Source: Tubiluchus corallicola
Taxonomy: Eukaryota > Animalia > Priapulida
Length of the DNA: 64,000 bases
Direction of reading: 5' to 3'
Assembly (NCBI GenBank): GCA_030141605.1
Contig: JAQGDQ010000143.1
Span: forward strand, 62,001 to 126,000
Shown here: positions 39,004 through 51,373 of the stretch, in pieces
How the letters are laid out: each line of letters opens with the position of its first letter
Numbering within the stretch: position 1 is the first letter of the stretch
The notes under the pieces: model-generated
What the model was told of the DNA's origin: nothing
What the model saw: the letters and a program-made list of their open reading frames with translations, nothing else
The model's database searches: none
Position numbers and translations under genes: made by a program

Positions 39004-40327
39004 GTTTAACGGTGAGGATACTGTTTTTGCAGCAATATACTCTATAGCTCTCCCCTCAGCTTGTGGTCGTCTTTCATTAGTCCCAGTAACTGCTTGACGT
39101 CTTCCAGGGAGTCTTTCCTCACAGTTTCTGGCCATATGTCCTTTCTGGCATCTGTAGCATTCAACATTTTGGGAAAACTCATAGCTTCGTCCTGGCAAAG
39201 CTGGTTGCCAAGGCCTGATTACTGCTCTTCGTTTTTGGTTATGACTGTTAAATGAATTACCCTCCTTTTTTTTCTTTATTTCCATCACTTCATTTTTCAA
39301 AGATGACATCATACTCATTAATTCTGCTATTTCTTTGTTTTTATTAATGTCTTTGCTCTGGTGTGAAATCTGATTAGCTTGTCTAGATGAAGGTAATGGC
39401 TTTCTTAGTCGAGCCTCCTGGACTTCATTAGTAACTGCTTCATATTGGGTCACCCTTGTTATGGCTTCATCCAGCGTCTTTGGCTCCTGTAGGCTTGTGT
39501 GTTTTCTTAATTCCAGATCTCCCAGTCCCTCCAAGTATTCATCAATTAATAGTTCCTCACTAGCATCTCTTGGAATGCTTGGATAGGCCATTCCAAATAC
39601 ATGACGTATTGCAGCCCCATATTCTTCTGGTGTTTCATTTGGTTTCTTATTCCTATGGCGAAGCTCACTTCGGTACTGCAACATATCAAACCTCTTCTTT
39701 AAGGCATCTACCAGGTTCTCAGAAGTAGTGTTGCCATCTATTCCTCCCATAGCTTCCATAGCTACTTCAAGTGCATCTCCCTCTAAACAAAGTGGTAAAT
39801 GCAGAATTCAATCACCATGAGACCATTGGTTGTATACAGCTGTCATTTCAAATTTTATAAGAAATTGTTTGAACTGGTGAAGGCCTAATTTGAATCTCAT
39901 TTTGCAATTCGTCATCACCACTGAATACATTTCCTTCAATGGACCAATGACTTCCTGGGGTATTGGCTTGGCTACTGGGCCTATCTAAGGTATAAGTATC
40001 CATTGAGTAGTTTTCTTTGAGTAAAGGCCTCTGTGGGCTATAAGGTGTGGAAGCCATAGAGGGAGGTTGAGCTCTAAATTTAGGTCTAGCGCCCCCTGAA
40101 TACGAAGATCTACTTTTTGTTAAATTGCTTCTGTTAAGACTACAAGCTCCTTCTAATGTAGACTGCTCAGGTATGGGCACAGTCTGTGGCTCTGAAGCCA
40201 GTGATTGTAGGCCTGGTGCCTCATCTAAGCATGTTTCGTCTGATTCAGAATCAACGTCAAAGAAGGATTGCATATATTTTAGAAGTCCAGCTATGAATGT
40301 AAAGAAACATCTTCCTAGTCTAGCCAT
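39001..40327 (-). pseudogene. gag: Gypsy gag (frameshifted near 39848)
   Basis: YNQW...LPLCLEGDA, ETPEEYGAAIRH and PKTLDEAI capsid-type motifs; knuckle CYRCQKGHMARNC (one residue short of CX2CX4HX4C). Confidence 0.85.
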
Positions 40328-40362
40328 ATTGTGTCATAATCCACTATTTGTAATGAAGCCAA

Positions 40363-40384
40363 TCAAATCCCAGACGAGCCCCCA
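40363..40384 (-). other. Primer-binding site, tRNA-Pro
   Basis: TGGGGGCTCGTCTGGGATTTGA, one mismatch from the complement of the tRNA-Pro 3' end (TGGGGGCTCGTCCGGGATTTGA). Confidence 0.92.
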
Positions 40385-40390
40385 AAAATC

Positions 40391-41016
40391 TGTAATGCGG
40401 CTAGGGGTTCACGTAACAGAAAGGTGTGCAGATGATGGTATTTTGCACCAATGGCTTGGGTTTATCTGACTGTTAAGCCTAAGGCACACTTCAGCACAAA
40501 TTAGTTCTTGAAATTTATAGCAGAAAAACTGACATTGGAGAAATGTTGGCTTTGATAGACAATTTTGAATTATTTATTTAATTGCTTTATTATGGTTCAG
40601 GGCTTATAATTAGCAGCTCTTGAGATAACAAAGCTTGTTAGCAACTCTTGTGGTAGCAGAGTTTGTTATCAAGCCTTCTGGTAGCAGACCTTGTCAGCAG
40701 CGAATGTGTTTTGCCTTTGGATCTGTCCCCCTTAAATACTACTTTGGACAGATGACATGACCCACCTACACACTGCTGATTGGTTATTGTCTTGTTAACA
40801 CGGGCGGATCACATGCATAGATCTTAATAGGCAATATACTGAATCACGCGCTCAGGTCTGCAGGCTCTTGATTGGATGTTGGCGTAGTTGTTTTCACATC
40901 CGGGTCCTTCCGTTGATGCACGTGTGTTTACATCGCCGGTAAAGTATAGTGTAATTATTGTCATCAATTAGTTTAATTTAATGTTTTTATTATAGGCACC
41001 GCATACCTATGCCACA
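40391..41016 (-). repeat. 5' LTR (626 bp)
   Basis: Homologous to 33582-34188; CCAATCAG, TATTTAAG and AATAAA occur in that order on the minus strand. Confidence 0.95.
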
Positions 41017-42565
41017 TTAGTTCATTGATCACTATTGCACACTTTTCATTCATGTCTTGACATAATATTGTGTGCAGAAAGATCTGGCTTTCCTTTTATG
41101 TAAATATAATATAAATTTATTCATCGTAATTTCATACACAAAATAGTATAAATTTTATAAACTAAATAGAGCTCTCTATATATTGGTATGAATCACCTGT
41201 ATAATGCATAATATAGCTTATAGAGTGACGACAATAATACGTTTTTAGCAATTTTTGCAGTTTTCATCAGTTATCACTAAGTGACTATTTGTCTATTTTT
41301 TAGACGTTACTTGTCATAATGCTGCTGTAGCCATAAGTACTGTTTTCACAAAGAGGGACGTACAACTTTCATTAGTTTTGCAGAAGTCCAGGAGCATTAC
41401 TTTCGGTTCTTCATTGACATCAATCCTACTGGTGCCCATTTAAATCATGACAGTAGAGAGTCCAAACACAACATTGTTTACAACACCTAAATCGTTTTCA
41501 AAAATGCCTTCGATGTATAGTCTCAGAAATACTTTCAAAATATTTCGATGACCTTTATGAAATGGTCTGTAAAAAATGTGTATTTGTACAGTACTGTATA
41601 ATAATAAATTTTCATAATTTGTAAAATTTTATTCATCACGTAGATCTTGTTATTCATTCACTAAAGACAACAGTAAAACATTTTAAACATATTTGATATA
41701 ATGTGTATAAATGTAGCTTTACACTACGTGTTGCGGCGTTAAAGAAAATTATTATTGTAATAGTGTTGATGGGCGGCGTCACGATAGTGGATACTTTGTA
41801 TTTACGTGTGTTGTTGCCTTAGAAGGTCGAAAATCAGGTGTACTCTACGTAACGAAACAGCAAAGATTTCCCATGCTTCGTGGCTTTCGTGAAGAATAAG
41901 AAAAACAATAAAATCACGAGACTATTTCTACAGCTTGGCAGATTGTTTGCGCAAGCGACGCAGTAATATAAACCTACAACAGAAGAAATTTTCAATTAAT
42001 GTTGCTTTGTGCGGTAATTCACCTTATGTTTAACAAACTTTTAAATTGTATTACATGTGCTTCGTAATAGTATTGCACACAAGATTATTGACTGTAAACA
42101 TGTTATGTGAAATAAATGACTTAGTGTATAACTAGTATAAGTTAATGAAAGACTTCAATGTATTTATGAGGAATAAAAATCACAAAGTGAAAGTTTTTGC
42201 GAAAAGCTGCAATTAATTCTGAACGCTATGTTAGAAGTAGAAGCAAACCATAGTTTAGTATAGGAAAAAGTATATCAAAACCAATAATTTACAGCTACAG
42301 TACTCATTATAAGTATGGTGTTGCTGTTAGGTGCCTAGATAGGTGCAACAGAACATCTATTTGATTGGGTGAAATTTGCTGAAGTGTCCCCTAATACTGT
42401 AATAGCAAATTAATAATACATTATGAACGTGACTCAAATACTAATTATTACACTGGCACTTTAGCGTACTGTTGCTTTATTTGTTTGTTTATTGCTTTTT
42501 GCACAATTTGACATTCTGCAAGCCAAAAGCAAGCACTCAGCAGATACCTATACATATTAGTGTTC

Positions 42566-42579
42566 GTTGTTATGGCAAC
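42566..42579. promoter_or_regulatory. X-box-like motif GTTGTTATGGCAAC upstream of the GAA-like ATG
   Basis: Good RFX half-site (ATGGCAAC) with an imperfect palindrome. Confidence 0.3.
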
Positions 42580-43031
42580 GAGACATTTGTAAATTATTTG
42601 GGGTACCTCTCTTGAGATGAGACACTTGACAACATCAGAGTGCTTGAAGGCTATTTAATTTACAGCTTTAGCTCTGGCATTAAATAAACAAAGCACACAA
42701 TTTGTCGTAAATTTTATTAATATGCATAAGTAAAGCTTTTTCTTTGTATCTCCAACTAGTAGGTTAAAAAGTACATGTAACTTACGGGAACATGGCAGGT
42801 TGTCACTGTTTTATACCCATTATTTTTTTGTTCTATTATGGTTTCCTGTTGTTCTCACTAACTTGCCTTTCACTTTTGCAGTACTTCTCTCATAATTATT
42901 TTTTTGAAACTGTTTTTGATATGTCAGCAAGTTTTTACTATTTATCTACTCGTTGATAAGTATGCAACTAGTGCTTGCTAAGTATTGTGCATTATGATTA
43001 CCTCCATGTTTAAGGGTTAAAGATTTAAAGG

Positions 43032-43697
43032 ATGAAACAAAAAAAGCTAAACTATTCATTGTTGAGAGACAACGATGATGGAGGTGACGTGCTTCTTAAT
43101 GTGAAAGGTGGCGACATTTCAATCCAACTCAAACAGAAATCATCATGCAGCTATATGCGCTTGTTATGTGTCATTTTGCTTGTGACAGTGCTCATTGGTG
43201 TATGTTTTCAATTTAATTTGCTGTGGTATCTAAAGAAATTTATAGTAACTGAACCTGATGTGACTAATGCAAGAACTACTGTAACGCCTCCTGCAAGTGT
43301 TAACGATGGAAATACTGTAATGTCACCTTCGGTTGCCAAGCCCTATTGTCCAGCTATCCCTAGTGCTCAAAAGTTTGACTGCTATCCTGCAGATGGTGGC
43401 GGCGAAGAGAAATGTACTGCCAGAGGTTGTTGTTGGGAAATTCCTGCTGGTCAGGCTGTAACGCCATCGCTCAATCCAACTGCAAAAGAATATAATGATA
43501 CTCTGTTACCCCCACTGTCAGTGCCATACTGTTACTACCCTGCAGATTACCCGAGTTATTCTATGGTTAGCCATCATGAAACGCCATTAGGTTTCACTGG
43601 TACTTTAACAAGAACAACTTCATCACCATATCCACGTGATGTGATGACACTTCAGCTTGATGTAATGCTAGAGACTCGGACAAGACTTCACTTCAAG
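43032..43697 (+). CDS. GAA: Lysosomal alpha-glucosidase (GH31) coding exon 1: cytoplasmic tail, signal anchor, trefoil domain. Whole gene 43032-60708, ~983 aa
   Basis: KFDCYPADGGGEEKCTARGCCW...VPYCYYP trefoil; YPRDVMTLQLDVMLETRTRLHFK|gt. The 18 exons, taking one of each duplicate pair, sum to 2952 nt in frame. Confidence 0.95.
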
Positions 43698-44505
43698 GTA
43701 TAGTAGTTTATTAATTCAAAGGTATTATCTCTTCATGGGTTCTTAATATCCAGGAAATCGACATGATAAATTAACCCTGGTGACTAGACTTTATAGAAAT
43801 TCGACTAATTCTAGTCATGCATTTATACTGGTTTGGTAGTTGCCCCTGAAGTATGGGCTTGATCCTCTGCATTCTTGGTCTCTGTTTTAATTATGAAACC
43901 ATGTATTAAAAATAGTGTTGAAAAGAAGGCACATTTTTACAGTTTTCAAAACGGGGTAAACTCTGTGACCAGATTCTGTATCAATGTAGCTTTCACTGCA
44001 TTTCATCAAGTTAATAATTATGCTCTTTATGTAAGTTACACATTGTATAGCTCATTTGTATGTAATGTTCAAATAAAAAAAATGACTTCTCATTAAAAAC
44101 TGAAATTTAAAAGGCAAGTAACAATTAAGTCACTGTTTCTATTGAAAAACAGGAAATAAGCTTAATGGGAGAGTAATTAATTCCCTTTAATTTGCTTGTA
44201 TTTCTTTTCAGCATTACAGTTAGGTATTAAGTAATCTATTTTAGTGTTTTCACTTTCTAATTGAGAGTAGCTCTTTACTTCTCTAGTGCCAGCTGGATGA
44301 AAGGATTTACTATCTTGTCTTATATACATGACTGTAAAAAGATAGTCTCCTAAGTTAACATTAGAATCTTTGCAAATGGCGAGTACCAAAAAGATTTATC
44401 TTATCAATATCCTATTTGAAGTTTTAATTCTGTTATACATTGCATGTCAAACAATTTTTTTACTTGTTAGCCACTTAATGTGTTATTATTGGTCTAAATC
44501 TCCAG

Positions 44506-44651
44506 ATTTTTGATCCGGCTAGTAAAAGGTATGAGGTACCAATTGAAACTCCTAAAGTGACCAAAAAATCAGATGTTCAGGATTATCAAGTCGAGGTTTC
44601 TAGTCATCCTTTTAGTATCAGCGTTACTCGGAAGTCAACAGGAGCTGTAAT
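44506..44651 (+). CDS. GAA: GAA-like exon 2
   Basis: IFDPASKRYEVPIETP...HPFSISVTRKSTGAV; AG/GT. Confidence 0.92.
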
Positions 44652-44721
44652 GTATGTATAATATTGTTGTGTACTATCCAAACTCTATTAGCATAGTATT
44701 TTGTAATTGAATTGATGTTAG

Positions 44722-45415
44722 ACATTGCGTAGTCAAGACCAATACTGCAACTTTTAAGACTAAGACTAAGTAAGATCAGTTATAGAACTTTTTTAATCGA
44801 GTCAATGCCAAGAGTAAGACCAAAAACTACACTTTCACTAAAAATAGTTTCAGCTATGTTAAACATGTCTTTGGAATATTTTTGCATGAATTTCATAGTC
44901 TTTTTGGTGTATTATATGGCAAATAATATGACTAATTAATTAAGCAAGATTTTCCAAAGAAAAGAATTCCCAAAAGCATTGAAAACAGCCAAATTTGTCA
45001 GCATTAAGCAATTGGTACTGCTATTTAATTGAATTTGAAATTTCAATCTATTTACTTTGTATTTTGAAAAGTGTTATGTTGGCTGAATGCCGGCATCGTG
45101 CCATGAGTTAAGTTTTTATATTCCATTATTACACTGTGCTTACCAAGAGTTTGGTGTAACTAATTTAAGATACGTTCAGACTTCACAGGCCATGTCTTTT
45201 CTTTACTCAAGTTTATCTACCCACCCATGACGTATGTACAAATTCAAGAAAGTGGCCATGTAGTGTGTTAGCTAATGTTGTGACAAAATGCTACTAGTAA
45301 TTCTTTCTAGTGAGTGACAAATTAATTGCACTTTGTTTGAAGCGGAATAAATTTCGAGACCAAAACTGGCAAAAATTGGTCTCGACACCAAGACCGGTCT
45401 CTGATTGAACAATCA
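44722..45415. mobile_element. Decayed non-autonomous DNA transposon with GAGACCAAGACC-type subterminal repeats
   Basis: GTAGTCAAGACC/AAGACT repeats on the left and GGTCTCGACACCAAGACCGGTCTC on the right. Confidence 0.45.
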
Positions 45416-45552
45416 GGGATCTGCAGTCTTAACAAGAATGGTAGTCACTTATTGATACGTGCTAAAATAGATCTATCTAACCTTGCACATTTCATTGAAA
45501 TTTAATGAACTTTACTCAAATACAAAATTTTACTTTTTTAACATAAATTTAG

Positions 45553-45718
45553 ATTTGACACTTCTGTGGGTTCAATGATATTCTCTGACCAGTTTATCCA
45601 ACTAAGCTCGGTTTTGCCTTCTGCATTTATCTATGGCTTGGGAGAACATACAGGTAGTTTTCTCATCAACACAAACTGGACACGCATTGCTTTATGGACA
45701 CGGGATCATTTTCCTGTA
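45553..45718 (+). CDS. GAA: GAA-like exon 3
   Basis: FDTSVGSMIFSDQFIQLSSVLPSAFIYGLGEH...LWTRD. Confidence 0.93.
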
Positions 45719-47781
45719 GTAAGTAGAGTATCTATTTCATCAATGTACCAAGGCAAGCTTAGATTATCTTTTTTGATAACTAAAAGATATTTTAAGTAGG
45801 GTGCCAATTTTAAAAAATATATCCAGATTTTTTATCACTTTTTTGCCTTGAAAATATAAAGGTTACAAAACAGTTAAAGAAAATCAAACTTTCGTACCTA
45901 ACTACTTCACTCACAGATGACGTTTTCCATACATGTGTGTGAATCAACAACTTTTTTCTTTGTATGCAATGTACAATTATGATGTTAGCTTTTCTTAAAA
46001 ATTATTAGAATATGGTAAATGATATATTTGTTTTTTTTCCAGATCTTATTTCTTTATAAATTTTTTTGGCATCTTTTCACTGTTCACTTACTACATAAGT
46101 CGATCTCATAAATGTTATATACTGTGTCAACATTTACCGAGTTTATAACAATGGGCGTATCTTGTTGTTTGTATAATACCTATCAGTAAAGTGAATAACC
46201 TGTCCTTGATATATTATCAGCTAATGCTTAAACACAAACTGTGATTGACATGAGATTTATATACAATTTCTATATTACAGGTTCATAATTAATATTTCTT
46301 ACTGTGAGCTAATTCTACTAGCATTTAAGTTCATTTTCCAGATTAGAAACTAACATTTTTTATTATAATAGATTCCAAAAGTAATAATTTTTATTGTATA
46401 TATTAGTCACTTTAGATACATCAGTTTGCCTTGTACAACATGCCCCTTGGTGTATATTAAAGTAAACTTGTCTTTATGCAAAAAACTACAAGACAACAGC
46501 TCGAGAATATTTTTATTTGACTTATGCGCAGTTATTCTTTTGAATAACCTTGAAGCCTCAACATTTATTGATGCTGATATTTTTAGTTCACAGACGAAGA
46601 TATACTTGATATACATGGTTGTGGTGTTGATGTAGATATGCTCTGTTTGGCCGAGTGGTCTTAGCCACATTCCGATCTATCCATATCCTCCCTCAGTGGG
46701 ATAAATAAAACTGGGGTTTTATGCCACATAAAATCACGTAGAAACATTTCTTACTTGTTCACCCACTTATTCACAGCTATTACTTATTCACTTTTGCTCA
46801 CCCATCCACTCACTATACAGACGTATCAGCTATTCTTCCTTGGTCCAAAAACTAGCTTTTTTCACAGTTTAATTTTATGTGCTACTCTTTGCGTTCAATA
46901 CACCGAAGTACCTTGTACTTTAAAACAAAAGTGGCTGAGTGTGTGTTGGGAACATAAACTTTGGAATGTTAAACCTTTCTTGACTTTGAATTTACCTTAA
47001 TATATATTAACTCATTCATTGTAGAAATATTGGCTTAAGCAATTTTGAGTTGCTCCTGACATTAGTAAAATCTGTGTCCAATATTAATTTATTATGGTGC
47101 TTTTACTGGTTTATATGTGGTGCTCATAAGTACATGTGCGTGGGCTTTAAATTAAACTAAAAAAGAATGAGGACACTCAGTAGAGGTGTTGATATTGGCA
47201 AAAATTGATTTTTTACTTTGTGACCTTAACCTTGAGTTTTGAATCAAAAGCAATGATATCCAGATCTTTGCACTGCCCTATCCTTGTACCAGGTTTGGTG
47301 ACTATTTCTTCATCCATATTGATGTTATTGTGCAGACAGACATATGTGACAAAATGCTTTAGCTCTGACTACTGCGGGTATGTGTAATGAGACAACTCAT
47401 TGTATTGACCTAAAAAATATAAATCGTAAAATGAATTATGTAAATTCATGCATAGAAGTGCGTATTCATGAAAACTAAAGTGTAATAGCTTTCATTTTCA
47501 TTAACGAAAGACAGTTGCCATATTTTATGCTGCATTTCAAATTATTCTGTCTGCATGGTACTTCAAACTGCAATGTTTATTTTGAGGCTTCTAGCACATA
47601 ATTTATTATTAGCCATGAGATTTGTTTTTCGCTAATAAATGCATGATAAAACAGTACTAATAGATCAAAATCAAGTTTTCTTATATGTTCTAATCTGACG
47701 TCACTCATTCTAAGCCATTGTGAAACATAATTAGTCTGTAAATGAATTTTGTTTTTTTACACTGATCATGATTATTTTTAG

Positions 47782-47878
47782 GAGAATGCAAATCTCTATG
47801 GTGTTCATCCATTTTACATCGTTATGGAAGAGGATGGCAGCAGCCATGGAGTGTTTCTTCTCAATAGCAATGCTATGG
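47782..47878 (+). CDS. GAA: GAA-like exon 4
   Basis: [30 protein letters not shown]. Confidence 0.93.
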
Positions 47879-48683
47879 GTAGTCACAAATTTTAATCTAA
47901 CTTATTATTAGATTCAGGAAATTGAAAATTAATACCTCTTTTTTCATTCTCACTCACTTATGACAAATTTTTGCAGTTCCTTTCCATGGCTTTTGCTCTA
48001 GGCATTTTTAGATCTATTACGCTACAGAGATTACTCATGTGATCAGCACACTGTGTATCTTCAGTTTGCACATTGTTGTGATGGCAAAAGGTATAACAGT
48101 AGAATACACTTTAGACCTTTATTGATGTAGTTTGTAGAAGATTACAAAGAGTAGGTAAAGAGATGTCTGCATATGAGGTCTTGTAACAGCAAACTGTTCT
48201 CTACTGGGCTAAGCCCATTTTTAGAATAGGGTAATAGACAAATAGGAGCCATCTACCACAGCAGTAGTGTTTTTACAGATTGCTGAGTTAATTACAAATT
48301 AAGAGTAATTTTTTGTAATTTTCCATTCATTCACAATGACACACATCTAAGTTTACAACCAATTAAGTTAGTCAAGAGACACTTTACTACAGCTTTGGGG
48401 CTAGAAAGTAAGTTTGTAAGCACCGAGTAATTTGTAAGGATGAGCACTCGTTTTAGAAAAAACATTAATGTCCGCATTATTTTATTCATATCCTTTTTTG
48501 AAATGTCTTTGCTATAATCCAGGCCTAAGCCAGTTATGCAACACAAATGTGAAGAAGTGGAAGATCTTAAAGATCAGTACATTGTGTAAGGCGTAGGCAT
48601 TTTATTGCGACACTTGCATTAAATATCAGTTAAAAAAAAGAATTGCATAGTTTTAGTTAAGGCGAAACTGTTCTTTTTTTCAG

Positions 48684-48922
48684 AAAATATGCTCCAGCCC
48701 CTACCTGCCATCACATTTCGCACATTAGGCGGAATTCTTGATTTTTACATCTTTGCTGGTCCGTCACCTGCTGCAGTCATTCAACAGTATCAGCAGGTCA
48801 TTGGCTTACCAGCTATGCCACCCTACTGGGGTTTGGGTTTCCATTTGTGTCGCTGGGGTTATGGTAATAGCAAGAACATGACAACCGTGATAAAACGTAT
48901 GAGAGATGCGGAAATTCCTTAC
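48684..48922 (+). CDS. GAA: GAA-like exon 5
   Basis: LQPLPAITFRTLGGILDFYIFAGP...MPPYWGLGFHLCRWGY. Confidence 0.95.
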
Positions 48923-49854
48923 GTAAGTCATAAAATCTTCTTGATGAAGATGTCGATAATGTGTAAAGAATGATGCAATTGTGATGCAACGACAACAGCA
49001 GCTAGTATTTTATTTTGTATCCGATGTAGAAAAATCCTTATTTTGCAAAGAAAAGTCAACAGCAGCTCTTGTTATTTCTAGCTTGTTATTACTAATGTTT
49101 TCATTAGTACCTAGAGCTTTTTTATTAATTGTCATGTGTGGCACAACTATAAGATATCAAAAAATCATAAACACTTTTAAAAGAGCAAGTAGGTGTGTTT
49201 TTCAGTAATAATGCTCTTTTTTAATCTTGTACAATTTTATAACTTTGAAAATTTAATCAGACATTTTGGTTTTCCGACAATATCATGCCGTGACATTTTC
49301 TGCTTTCAGTTTATGACTTGCATATTTTTTGTTTTGTGCATTTTGATTATTTTGCTGTAAAAAGTAATTAAGTATAACAAGTATTCTTATATAGCACCAT
49401 TTCTTTTTCAGCCCATTTTATTATAATAGCCTATCTGTTACTTAAAATCTTATTCTATCACTTTCTTCTTGAAAATTTTTCGACCATTCTTGACAGTCGG
49501 GTTTCATTAATAAATAAACTTTTGTCAGCTTTAAATCTTCACTTTTTCTGTTTAAGAACACTTCACTTAATTTTCACACATAAGAAATTTTGTTTGAAAA
49601 TAACAACTATGGTAGTGGTTATACTAGTAATGATGACAACAACAACAACAACAACAAAATTTGAACCTGGTAGGAAGTGTGCTTCATTGCATAACAACTT
49701 TTTATGATTCAAGAAATAATAGCTTTTGATTTTGAGCACTAATAGTTTAGTTTCTTTTTAAATGACTGCCTAAATCTATCATTATAATTTATGAAGTTTT
49801 AATTTTTAAGTTTTCAGCTTTTTTATCTGCTTCTGCTACTTTCTTTTTCGACAG

Positions 49855-49986
49855 GACGTCCAATGGAATGACATAGATTACATGTCTAAACATCTGGACT
49901 TTACACTTGACGAAAACAACTTTATTGATTTAAATAACATTGTTGCTGATCTACATGCTGATGGGATGCATTATGTACCAATGACA
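49855..49986 (+). CDS. GAA: GAA-like exon 6a (duplicate pair 1)
   Basis: DVQWNDIDYMSKHLDFTLDENNFIDLNNIVADLHADGMHYVPMT; 132 nt, acag/gtaagt. Confidence 0.92.
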
Positions 49987-50029
49987 GTAAGTATTTGCTA
50001 TTATTTGTTATTCTGTTTATTTTACCTAG

Positions 50030-50161
50030 GATACACAATGGAATGACATAGAATATGCAGAAAAACGTCTAGATTTTACACTCAATGACAAAACATATCC
50101 AGACTTACCTAATGTAGTAGAAAATTTGCACAAACATGGTCAGCATTATATCATAATTGTG
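50030..50161 (+). CDS. GAA: GAA-like exon 6b (duplicate pair 1)
   Basis: DTQWNDIEYAEKRLDFTLNDKTYPDLPNVVENLHKHGQHYIIIV; 132 nt, ctag/gtaaga. Confidence 0.9.
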
Positions 50162-51120
50162 GTAAGAACTACTGGTTTTGCTTTTTTTATTTTCTTGAAA
50201 TGAAGGTGGATATTTTTTATTGTTATTGACGTTTTGTTTTGTAAACTCCTTTTTTAGAAGTTATGCTGTTGGCACCTTAAAGTTTACAGATCATGATGTG
50301 TGACTGAAAAATTTATAATGGCACTCTAACTCCAGTTTTATATTATTATTATTGAAAGTAAATCAGCCATTATTAGCATTGATTGCCATGAATAGTATTA
50401 GTTTTGAAATAGTTTTGTTTTTTATCATGAACTAATTATTTGAAATACCCACCAATTTTAACCAAATGCAACTTGTTTGATCAAATGAAATCTAAGCACT
50501 GTGATATATTTAGGATTTTTATGAACTAATATTAAGGTTTTTATTACCATACCAAGGGGACTTTTGTTGTTTTCATTGTAGCAATAGGAACAAATAAGAA
50601 ACAAAAGTCATCACAAACAACTAGGCACAGTTATACACAATTAAGATACAAAATACTGCTATCAGAAGCAAATATTCTTAGCATTAATGAGTGAGGTTAT
50701 CAAATAAAATAGGCTGACTTTAAAACTGTGTCATCTTGGCTATAAACACACTGGCAGAATACCAACATGATTAGCATTATTAGCAAACTATAGATTTTTG
50801 ACATCTTCTTTATTTGACTGCAATTTTTGTATAATTACGACTGACTCGTGAAGATTTTATCGAAAATGTGAATGAAGACAATTGTTTTTCTCATTTTACA
50901 TTCTCAAAAAATTCCACGAGAAATAAATGCTGTTTCTGAAAAGTATTTGATTCCTTCAGCTATCATCTTGATTAAAATAAGAATTACGTATTAAAAGTTG
51001 AGAACGTTGAAGTAATGCTAGGAGATATTGAACTCTTCAACTAACTGACCATCTCAATTTCTCACTAGGTTAATACCGCAGTGTAATAAATATTGAAATG
51101 TGTCTGTCATTTTCCTTTAG

Positions 51121-51234
51121 GATTGTGGTATAAGTTCAACGCAAGGCCCAGGCAATTACACACCTTTTGACCAAGGCATGGCTATGGACATATTTATCAA
51201 AGTAGAAAATGGTTCTATGCCAATTCTTGGAAAG
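51121..51234 (+). CDS. GAA: GAA-like exon 7
   Basis: DCGISSTQGPGNYTPFDQGMAMDIFIK...PILGK. Confidence 0.9.
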
Positions 51235-51373
51235 GTAATTAATGTGATACAGCCAACTGTAATCACCACTCTTGTGTGAGGTGTAGTTGAGTTTGACAGT
51301 AAAATGTTTGTTTTTCTAATATTTAATTGTAAATGATCAGTTTTCCATTTGAATGTTTGAATAGTATTTGGCC

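Larger units (their letters stand above)
33582..41016 (-). mobile_element. Full-length, decayed Ty3/Gypsy LTR retrotransposon (~7.4 kb)
   Basis: Two ~610-625-bp direct repeats bounded by TGT...ACA, tRNA-Pro PBS, PPT, gag-PR-RT-RH-IN order, flanks ATAG/TTAG (4-bp TSD with one mismatch), several internal stops and frameshifts. Confidence 0.97.
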
